This document shows positions 8,166-16,182 of a DNA stretch of 32,000 nt, one piece after another (the first letter of the stretch is position 1; each line of letters opens with the position of its first letter). The DNA lies in contig CP113000.1 in assembly GCA_026625185.1 (NCBI GenBank), forward strand, positions 1,215,622 through 1,247,621, read 5' to 3'. A program made the position numbers and the translations under genes. The stretch is from Thermodesulfobacteriota bacterium (GTDB lineage Bacteria > Desulfobacterota > WTBG01 > JAGOGO01). A model generated the notes under the pieces. It was not told the origin of the DNA and did not search any database. It saw nothing but the letters and a program-made list of their open reading frames with translations.

Positions 8166-9017
8166 TCACCAATTGACCAAGGTATATACCCCGTCTGCGA
8201 TCTGAACAAGTTCATCCACCAGCCTGGTTATTGGGTAGCTCCCGGCAGGCAGGCCCTGGGTGTTAATGGTAATCACCGGTACTGACCATGTCTGGTTCTC
8301 AGGGCCGGTCCAGAATATCCGGCTGATGGTCGCTTCAGATCCCGCGTCTGATTGACTATGAAAGGTCGCCGTTTGGCCCGCCTCCACCCTCTGCACGGAA
8401 GGTTCAATGCGGGCAACCGGGGAAGAGAGTTGTGGCGGCGTCAAGGTGCTCTCAAACCTGGAATCATAGACATTGATGTGGCCCCAGCCTTCTGAGGAAT
8501 CGTCGACGATCCGGATCGCGCCTGTTTTTCCTGCATGATGAGTGAGACCCCAGACCACCCTTTCCATCGTCTCAGTGTTTTTGCCGGCGGCATAAAAAAC
8601 TCTAATCATCCCCTCGATCTGGTCGATGATAAGAAATTCAACCCGGGTTTTAAAATCGGCGCCACCCCCGACCAAAAAGCTAAGCTTACCCCTTTGAATG
8701 GTGAACTGTTGAGAGGTCAATGAACCTTGCGGCCGGTCTCCCTGGATCTGCCCAGGCTTTTGTCTCGGCTTCCCCTGGTAATCCTCGTAAGTTCAGACCC
8801 AGTATCTGCCCTGATGATGAGAGGGCTGCCCCCGTCCCCTTGCGGTTGGATTATCTCCCAGCGTTGGCTGGTTCTGGAATGCAGTGCCGGTTGGAACCCA
8901 CCCCCTTAAGTCTCCTGATTCAAAATCGAGGGTGAAATCGAATGGCTGCCCATATCCATCCGGAATGAAAAAGATCAGCTGAGTCAGAAAAAGTATCAAT
9001 GTTCCCCACAGGATCAT
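8166..9017 (-). pseudogene. Secreted jelly-roll (ConA/LamG-like) domain protein interrupted by one in-frame TGA
   Basis: ORFs 8793-9017 and 8166-8720 are in the same frame, separated only by a TGA at 8795-8793. The joined product has a signal peptide followed by FDFTLDFESGDLRGWVPTGTAFQNQP...GRYWV[TGA]TYEDY...GSLTSQQFTIQRGKLSFLVGGG...GAIRIVDDSSEGWGHINVYD. From memory this fits the FE.G.L.GW..G.AF ... S..F.i....isFliGGG ... WGHInvD lectin-like family. Confidence 0.6.
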
Positions 9018-9086
9018 AGTACCGTCTCCGTTGTCTCGAACCTTTGATCTAACTTTTCCTCTGCGCTCTGAAACAACAAACTTTTT

Positions 9087-10007
9087 TCACACTTTGAACA
9101 TGCCGGTATCCACCCATTCACTCTTGATCATCGACCACCAGTCCTCTGCCAGTCCGTTATTGACATACTCATAGGGTAACCAGCCGTACCCCTGGTCGCC
9201 CCAAGTGGTCCCCCAAGAATTTCTTATAAGGAATGCGCCTTCGGTTTCGATTCCTCCTTTGTAACTATTCTTAATCTTCATGGTATCATCATAACCCACT
9301 GCAACGATAGCATGACCGCCTTCAATTTTTTCACCGAGGGTCGGGTAAGGAATCTTTCCGCCATTCCCGTCCGCCTGAGAGATAGAGGTATAGACTGTAA
9401 AACCGAACATGGAAGGAAGGCCGGCAACCAATTTTGTTTTGATCCGCTTGATGAGAACCTCAGGAGAAGTCCCCGGAGGGTCGAGACGGTAGTATTTAAT
9501 CGCTTGATAATTCTGGGCAAAGCTATAGCAGAAGGCGGGCGGCTCGACATCAAATTCTCCAATGTTATAAGGCCAATATTCTTCCGGCGGCACACCAAAA
9601 AGCACCAGCCCACACATGGTTGAGCGAAGGTAGGCCCCCGTATCTCCGTTCTCTTTCATCAGGTTGCGGGTTACTTTGTACAGAAAGAGACGGGAAGCGT
9701 CAATATGCCTGCCGAACGCTCTTCTTTCAAAATACTCGACTAAGGCAACCCCCGCATTGGCGGTGCATGAACCGAGCTGATCCTGATCCTCAATCGGAGA
9801 GCAATACTGCCTCAGATCGGTTGAGGTCGGAAGTTTTATTTTATTTGGTTCCGCCAATCCTATTTTAGCGAACATAGGCTTCAGAGAATCCCTCTGTTTC
9901 AGGGCCTTCAGTCTCGGAGCAAACTCACCGCTCTCCGCAGTATAATCCCTGAAGTCGGGATAATCCGGCCGCCATCCCATTCCTCTTTTAATTTTTGTTT
10001 CAGCCAT
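9087..10007 (-). CDS. C1 (papain-like) family cysteine peptidase, no signal peptide
   Basis: The catalytic-Cys motif is DQDQLGSCTANAG, the His motif is GGHAIVAVGYDD, and the Asn/Trp motif is IRNSWGTTWGDQGYGW. A strong RBS AAGGAGG lies upstream. Confidence 0.85.
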   Translation of the reverse strand: MAETKIKRGMGWRPDYPDFRDYTAESGEFAPRLKALKQRDSLKPMFAKIGLAEPNKIKLPTSTDLRQYCSPIEDQDQLGSCTANAGVALVEYFERRAFGRHIDASRLFLYKVTRNLMKENGDTGAYLRSTMCGLVLFGVPPEEYWPYNIGEFDVEPPAFCYSFAQNYQAIKYYRLDPPGTSPEVLIKRIKTKLVAGLPSMFGFTVYTSISQADGNGGKIPYPTLGEKIEGGHAIVAVGYDDTMKIKNSYKGGIETEGAFLIRNSWGTTWGDQGYGWLPYEYVNNGLAEDWWSMIKSEWVDTGMFKV

Positions 10008-10110
10008 AACACCTTACCTCCTTTTTATAGTTAATGATATTTTTTACTTGCCTTTTTCCGACACCGCAAGCACCACCCGTCTACCCCTCGAATCTTTCCT
10101 TAACCAAAAT

Positions 10111-10497
10111 CTATCCAAAAGCAAGGGCCAAAGAAGCGGCCAGTCGTATCAATTCAGTCAACAAATTGATTGCATCAGTTACATCGGTAAGCGCACCTGC
10201 CTTCCGCCTCACGTTTTCAGCCTCTGTCTCAAGGTTTATTGCGGTATTTTCAAATAAAGCTCCCGTTTGAACGAGCGTCTTTTGCAAGGAATTGAGGTAT
10301 GCGAGCACCACAAGGTCGCGATCGGTCATCACTTTTTGCCGCTCTTCATCGGTCGTACATTTCCCAAGGGCCGCAGGCAACGCTTCGGTTGCAGATTGCG
10401 AAGCAACCCGCAAAGCTTTGAGAGCTTCTTCCTGCGTCAGTTTTCCGTCATGAACAATGCTAACTGTTTTTTGAAGAACGCTCTTTTTGCTTTTCAT
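10111..10497 (-). CDS. Small alpha-helical hypothetical protein with hydrophobic C-terminal tail
   Basis: ATG 10497 (MKSKKSV...) has an AAGGAG 7 nt upstream. An alternative ATG at 10518 overlaps the upstream stop as ATGA. The C-terminus is LIRLAASLALAFG. I recognise no family. Confidence 0.5.
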   Translation of the reverse strand: MKSKKSVLQKTVSIVHDGKLTQEEALKALRVASQSATEALPAALGKCTTDEERQKVMTDRDLVVLAYLNSLQKTLVQTGALFENTAINLETEAENVRRKAGALTDVTDAINLLTELIRLAASLALAFG

Positions 10498-10514
10498 TAA
10501 CAATCTCCTTTTTC

Positions 10515-11519
10515 TCATTGATTTTTAGATAAATCGGCCTTCACCTTCGTAAGCATGCCAGCAATGCTCCTAAGCTCCGCAGAGATTGCCTGCACGCGGT
10601 TCAAATCAAGGGGTTCGCCTTGCTCAAGCTTTCTGTGCTCTGATATTAGACTCCCGAGAGCTTTCAGGCTGGCGTCGTAGCTTTTCTCAATAAGGTCTGC
10701 TTTAATTGCCAGCCGTTTTTTGAGCACCTCCAGAAGAGCATTTCCCAATGGGGTATTGGGCTTTATCCCGGCAGCTGCCTCTTTTTTCGCAACCAGTCCT
10801 GCGTCGGTCCCGAAATCATCAAGAAGGGGCTTGGGATCGTACACTCCTTGATTCCACATGAGGGTAAATGCCGCCTTTTTAACGGTAGTCAGAGATTGCC
10901 TGAATCCCGTCATTTGCTCGCGAACGAGTTTGTTTCCAAGAAGTTTTTGAAAATCCTCAACTCTCCCTCGAATCTGGATGCTCGCTTCTTTAATCTTAGC
11001 CTTCTGAATCTCTGCCGCAACAATCCCGCCGACTTTTGATATTATCGCGGTAGTATCTTTATAAATCGGTGATGGTTGCATGATTTGTTTTGCATACTCT
11101 TCGATGGCGCCGCCTAAGTTTGTCAAAGCCTGTTCGGTTTGTGCGCCTGCGTCCAAACCCGCCAACTCGCCAAAAGCATCATAGACGTCCGCCAGGCTTT
11201 CAAAGACTATTGTTCGCTTTGCAAGCTCCTGATGAATGACATCATAGTCTTTAAGGATTTTTGCGTAGAGGTCCGAATTTGTTGTTCCGCTAAAACCATG
11301 GACCAGGGCTTCGCCGTCTCGAGCTCGAGTATACTCATCATCAGATACAAAAATGTTTTGTCGCACTTGAAGAGCCACATTTTTGCCGGTTGCGCTGAGG
11401 TTTCGCGCAGCCTGTATATTAATCCCGGAGCACGCTGAAAGCAGGCCGGCAATAAGTAAAAGCGACATCACGATAGTGATCGTGCATTCAATGCTGGCGA
11501 TCTGTTTATTGGCGTTCAT
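10515..11519 (-). CDS. Predicted lipoprotein, all-helical, unknown function
   Basis: The signal peptide carries the lipobox LLSAC at its end, and an RBS AAGGAG lies upstream. The sequence is Ala/Leu/Lys/Glu-rich and looks helical. I recognise no family. Confidence 0.65.
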   Translation of the reverse strand: MNANKQIASIECTITIVMSLLLIAGLLSACSGINIQAARNLSATGKNVALQVRQNIFVSDDEYTRARDGEALVHGFSGTTNSDLYAKILKDYDVIHQELAKRTIVFESLADVYDAFGELAGLDAGAQTEQALTNLGGAIEEYAKQIMQPSPIYKDTTAIISKVGGIVAAEIQKAKIKEASIQIRGRVEDFQKLLGNKLVREQMTGFRQSLTTVKKAAFTLMWNQGVYDPKPLLDDFGTDAGLVAKKEAAAGIKPNTPLGNALLEVLKKRLAIKADLIEKSYDASLKALGSLISEHRKLEQGEPLDLNRVQAISAELRSIAGMLTKVKADLSKNQ

Positions 11520-11575
11520 TTATTAATTCTCCTTTTTACAAACATCCGATCGTTGCCGACGTGAAAGATTATTTA

Positions 11576-12574
11576 CTATGCCTTTTCCGTGTTTTTTGTC
11601 TTCTCTGCTTTCTGCTCCAGTCTCTTTAAAACCTTGTCGATCATGTTTCGCAGTATCTTATCTGCGGCAAACCCGGACACAATGGCAAGGACGGCATAAA
11701 CATACCCTTCATTCATTTTTGCCACATTTAAGGAAATAATCTGTGAAGCAATTTTAGCAGGAGTCTCAGTATCGATCGCATTGATAGAAAAGATCAGTTT
11801 TGACTTCTCCAGGATGAACACAAAAACTGCGGAAAAGGCGCTCATCACGGGTTTAGAAAAAAGGTTATGATGCAAATATCTCCAGAAAGGGCCGCCCCGG
11901 ACATAAAGGAAATTCTCGTTGGTCATCGGGTTGCTTAAATAAGCGCCCATAAGTCCAAGAATAATGAGGGCAACAAACGTGTTCTTGAACGGGCCTGTTC
12001 CTAAGGATTGAAGGGCTTCTGAAGGATACAAGAAAACCGTCAAAACCATCAAACCGGCAAGCATGAATCCGCTCCACACACTGGTCAGGGTATTCATTGA
12101 AAGCTGCCAAAAGGTACGGTCCATTTGCTCATTGACAAGGTTCAGGGCGTCCCGTATCACATACCGGTTTTCCTCCATATGCTCTCGTTTCTTGATGTGA
12201 TCCAAAATTCCTATCAACTTCCCCTTTTCGCCTACCCACTCCGCACGCACCTTCTCTTCTTCGATGTTCAGGTAAAAGGAAGCTTTAACATCAATGGCCC
12301 TGCTGTAAAGCTCTTCGTCTTTGATCAGGAGGATGAAATACTCGTCCACGCGATGGAGAAATTCCCAGACCAAATGGGGATGCCGCCTTGCAAAAAATGG
12401 AAATTTGGCACTCAGCAGGGGACGGTCGGTATAACCTCTCGCTTTTTCGAAATAGGTCTTGCATATGCTGACAATATGTTTCTGCTCATGACTCAGATTC
12501 TGAGCCCGAAATCCTTCAAGGATTTCTTCAAGATTGGTCATTTTGGACTGGAGTCTCTCGGTTGCGGGATTCAT
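11576..12574 (-). CDS. Membrane protein: ~160-aa soluble N-domain followed by 2-4 hydrophobic helices
   Basis: An RBS GAGGAG lies upstream of ATG 12574. Hydrophobic segments are LTSVWSGFMLAGLMVLTVFLY, FVALIILGLMGAYL, VMSAFSAVFVFIL and YVYAVLAIVSGFAA. The C-terminus is charged. I recognise no family. Confidence 0.6.
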   Translation of the reverse strand: MNPATERLQSKMTNLEEILEGFRAQNLSHEQKHIVSICKTYFEKARGYTDRPLLSAKFPFFARRHPHLVWEFLHRVDEYFILLIKDEELYSRAIDVKASFYLNIEEEKVRAEWVGEKGKLIGILDHIKKREHMEENRYVIRDALNLVNEQMDRTFWQLSMNTLTSVWSGFMLAGLMVLTVFLYPSEALQSLGTGPFKNTFVALIILGLMGAYLSNPMTNENFLYVRGGPFWRYLHHNLFSKPVMSAFSAVFVFILEKSKLIFSINAIDTETPAKIASQIISLNVAKMNEGYVYAVLAIVSGFAADKILRNMIDKVLKRLEQKAEKTKNTEKA

Positions 12575-12895
12575 CCAAACTCCTCTTGGAGCCTTCGATT
12601 TTTGTTCCGTAATGATATTCTCCTATATAAAGAACGGGTGGTGTGCTCTGAACCCGATGGATAATCGCATCAATCAGAAGTGCTCCTGCTGCCAAGGCGG
12701 GCCAAAAAAAATCTTCTCCCCCCAGTTTGATTCCATTATCAAGGCAAAAGGCGCTGAAATCCAAAAGCTCAGGCAGTTATCTGTCCTCTTTCTAAAGAGT
12801 ATCCGGTGTACGTCTTCAGTCCCAAGTGGACAAATTTTTTTTGGATTTAGTTTGCGAACCTATGGTGGTCCGGGCCTTTTTCCGGAATGTTGTGT

Positions 12896-13736
12896 TCAAC
12901 CATAAAGATCCGCAAGGATATTCATTGACACGTCGTGATGTTCCTTGGCGGCCCGTTGTAACTTGTACCACGGTGAATCCCAGAAATTATCCTTACCCCA
13001 GTAACGGTCGAAGAGGTCCAGTTCTCCGGTGTCCTTCTTAACCGCCGTGTGACGCCACAGGTCTTTCTCATAATCAGGAATGTCGATGCAAATACCTCTG
13101 TAGGCAATAATTCTGGCCTTCTGACTCGAGTTGAAAAGTGGCCCCAAAAATGACCGCGTGTTCATGGCGGCTGTAAGTTGTCCTTTCAGAATTGCCCAAC
13201 TTGCTCCAAGGTTCACATCGCTCACCCGAGGATCAACAAATCTCAGGAACCTTGCATAGATCTGAGCCGCAGCGTCTATAAACCTGGTGTTGTTATCGAT
13301 ATTCTTGTTGCTTTCGATGAGCCTTCCATCTGTCCACTGATGGCAGACCAAATCAGGATTGTGGCCGGCATCGGCATGCCCGATGTTGGGCGTAAAGGTC
13401 CAGGCTACGCTTGACAGGGAGTTGAAATGATCCAGCAACCCGCAAAAATTTTGGTGCGCCGAAAGACTTGGAAGTCGTTGTGCCTGCCAGAAAGTTATCA
13501 TCAAAGAAACAGGGCTCCTTGTTGGCCAAAAAATAGCTGATCGCTTTCGCGTACCTTGTTTCCATGGGCTCGGCGCTATCGGAAAGGTCCCTGAGGTAGC
13601 GCGTCACGTACCGTGCCCTCTCTATGCAGACCGCCGGTTTTATCTTCAGCTGTGCGGATCTGAGTTTGTCGATAAGCGGTAAGGTGACTAGGGTATACTT
13701 CTGAAATCTGATGTCTTTAAAGCTTTTGGTTGGCAT
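12896..13736 (-). pseudogene. Glycyl-radical-enzyme (PFL2/YbiW-like) N-terminal region, frameshifted and truncated
   Basis: From ATG 13736 (RBS GAGGGG) the frame reads KPAVCIERARYVTRYLRDLSDSAEPMETRYAKAISYFLANKEPCFFDDNFLAGTTTSKSFGAP. This parallels the GRE N-terminus (..leRA.l.T.s....GEP...RrAkA...iLe......d.ELIaGn.T.kpRa). The reading frame then switches near the A5T4 run at 13444-13452 into ORF 12896-13504, which contains a YWGKD motif reminiscent of the GRE YW.gk motif. Only about 280 codons are present against roughly 800 in full GREs. There is no Gly-radical motif and no activase. Confidence 0.4.
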
Positions 13737-14688
13737 GATTTCCCCTCTGTGAGAGATATCAATCAAAACAAGCGAATTGTTTTGCAGTTATGGGATTTAT
13801 TTTTTGAAACTATAAAAAATACCAAAAAAGATCATTCGGCAATTCAGCGCCTTTGAAAAAGGCGTCGTTTTTTTATTTGAAAATTGCATTGAGAAATAAA
13901 AAATGTGACAATTCTAACCTCAAAGGTGGTACATTTTTCGGGGGCAGGTCACAATCTTACCAAGGGTCTAAAAAATCTTAAACACCGACTGAACGGAAAA
14001 GAAACAGATACCAAAAAACGGAAAACGAGAGGTAACATTCAAGGAACGTTTAATTCATAGACCTTGTTCTCCACCTGCCTATAAAAAATGGTATAAAAAT
14101 ATATCCTTGTCAATAGGGAAATTTCCTCATTTTTATGGGAGAATTCCCAAGGGGAAAGGGGTTTTCCCTCAGTTTATGCCATTGTCAAGTAAATTATTAA
14201 ATCACTATGTCGATTTTAGGCACTACATTTTACCCAAAAACTGCGGTTTTTTAGCCTAACATGTTAATTCTTTTGAAATTGAATTTTTAGAATGATCCGC
14301 AACTGTCGAAAATGAGTTTAAACTCGTTGCGTCAAACATGAGGCCCCCTAACATGATCCGTATAAACCACCCTCGACATTTTCTTCCGCCCCAAAGCAAA
14401 AAAGGCCCATCACCTTTTTATCTTAGCGATAAGGCCTTCTTTATCTCACGGAGTCATTGACCCTCAATCCTCTTTTATGAATAAACATGCATAAGATAGA
14501 TCACCCGGCCTTCTTTTGGGCAGCGTGGCCGGTGTTCTCTACAGGAATATCTCCTTAAAAGACCCCACCCACTCTTAACATTCCTGATTCTAACGCAGTT
14601 ATCCTTTTTCCCAACGGCTTGATTTTATTAGATGCTGAAACGAGTTAGCCACGACACAATAGCCTTAATTTCTATCTTGGCAACGCCC

Positions 14689-15483
14689 TTAAGACCTGAT
14701 TATTTTGAGCGCTTCTTTAACCGAAGCCCCCTCCTGTACCATGGCGCACGCGGCTTTTACGAATTTAGCGGGTTTTTCGTGTTGAAAAGCATTTCTTCCC
14801 ATTGAAAGCCCGGCGGCTCCGGCCTTCATTGCACCGTCAATCATTTTCAGGGTTTCTTCATCGCTCAGCTTTGAGCCTCCGGCAATCACTACCGGCACCA
14901 GGCAGCCCGCCACCACTTCCCGGAATGAATCCGGACTACCGGTATAAGGGCACTTGACAATGTCGGCGCCCAGCTCTGCCCCGACTCGGGCCGCATGTTT
15001 TACTACTTCAACATCATTTTCACTCTTGATCTTTGCACCGCGGGGATACATCATGGCTAAAAGCGGCATTCCCCACTCCATGCATTCAACCGCAACCCTA
15101 CCCAAGTCTTCGAGCATCTCCGCTTCGTCGTCCGCCCCGACATTAATGTGGACTGATACACCGTCCGCCCCCATTTTTAAGGCGTGCTGGACCGTATTTA
15201 CCAAAACCTTGTGGTTGGGGTCGGGCCCAAGGGAGGTCGAACCCGACAGATGCAGGATTAAACCAATGTCTTTTCCGGCGCCCCGATGCCCATGGAGAGG
15301 AAGACCCAAGTGTCCGATCACCGCATTCGCGCCTCCCTCGGCAACCATGTTTACCGTTTTCCCCAGGTCGATCAACCCGGTTATGGGTCCGGAAGAAACA
15401 CCATGATCCATAGGCACTATAACCGTTTTTTTGGTGTTGCGGTTTATGATTCTTTCCATTCTGATTAATTTTCCGGTGATCAT
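14689..15483 (-). CDS. DhnA-family class I aldolase / 2-amino-3,7-dideoxy-D-threo-hept-6-ulosonate (ADH) synthase-like
   Basis: Motifs are [64 protein letters not shown] and GRNAFQ. The start is placed at ATG 15483 with a GGAGG upstream. Confidence 0.75.
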   Translation of the reverse strand: MITGKLIRMERIINRNTKKTVIVPMDHGVSSGPITGLIDLGKTVNMVAEGGANAVIGHLGLPLHGHRGAGKDIGLILHLSGSTSLGPDPNHKVLVNTVQHALKMGADGVSVHINVGADDEAEMLEDLGRVAVECMEWGMPLLAMMYPRGAKIKSENDVEVVKHAARVGAELGADIVKCPYTGSPDSFREVVAGCLVPVVIAGGSKLSDEETLKMIDGAMKAGAAGLSMGRNAFQHEKPAKFVKAACAMVQEGASVKEALKIIRS

Positions 15484-15509
15484 TTTAAGCCCTCCTTGTA
15501 AAAAGATCG

Positions 15510-16142
15510 TTATCTTTCGATCAGATTGTGCTCTCTTAAATAGGCCGTGGTGATTTCCCACGTCCGGTCGCTCAGCTTTTGGACAGATTCCTTTCCGGGT
15601 AGCCGATAAAGAAAGGGTTTGTCCAAGCTGTGAAAAATTTGGCCAACCCTAAAAAGGTAGCTTTCTCTCTCAAACGAATCTGTTTTTTCCCCTCTTGATT
15701 TTTTTATTCTCTTAATCCCCGCAGCCGGTGGTATCTCGATTAAAAAAAGCAGATTCGGCTCAGGAGCAAATTCATTGTTTCGCTTCTCAATTTCCCTTGG
15801 GTCAACGCCAAGGGCCCCCTGGTAAGCGATCGTGGAAAAATAATACCGATCCAAAATAATTATTTTGTTATTTTTTAGTCCGGGTTTAATAATTTCTTCC
15901 ACGTGTTGAAAACGATCTTTTATAAACCATTCGAGCTCTTCCTGCGGGCCCACATCTCCCCGTCCCCCATCGATCAGTTTTCTTAGTTTTTTCCCCCACG
16001 TTCCTTCGGTCGGCTCTTTGGAGAGCTCGGCTTCGAAATGAGCTTTGGTTAGTCGCTCGTATAATAATCGTGCCTGCGTGCTTTTTCCTGCCCCGTCAAC
16101 CCCTTCAAAGACAATCAACACTCCTTTTTTTAATCGGTGCAT
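15510..16142 (-). CDS. tmk: Thymidylate (dTMP) kinase
   Basis: The P-loop reads [17 protein letters not shown]. The DR(Y/F) motif ([14 protein letters not shown]) and the lid region match the family, and the length is typical. Confidence 0.9.
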   Translation of the reverse strand: MHRLKKGVLIVFEGVDGAGKSTQARLLYERLTKAHFEAELSKEPTEGTWGKKLRKLIDGGRGDVGPQEELEWFIKDRFQHVEEIIKPGLKNNKIIILDRYYFSTIAYQGALGVDPREIEKRNNEFAPEPNLLFLIEIPPAAGIKRIKKSRGEKTDSFERESYLFRVGQIFHSLDKPFLYRLPGKESVQKLSDRTWEITTAYLREHNLIER

Positions 16143-16182
16143 TCTTGGTCGCCCGGTCGGTTAGTTTGTGCCCGCATTGGCA

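Noticed and set aside
8721-8792. A bacterial SECIS element directing selenocysteine at TGA 8793-8795
   Set aside because: No stable hairpin with an apical GU-containing loop lies in the ~10-40 nt after the TGA. The only stem (CCTGG/CCAGG, 5 bp) is too far and too weak. A Sec at a structural Gly position of a lectin fold is also implausible. It is kept only as an alternative to test.
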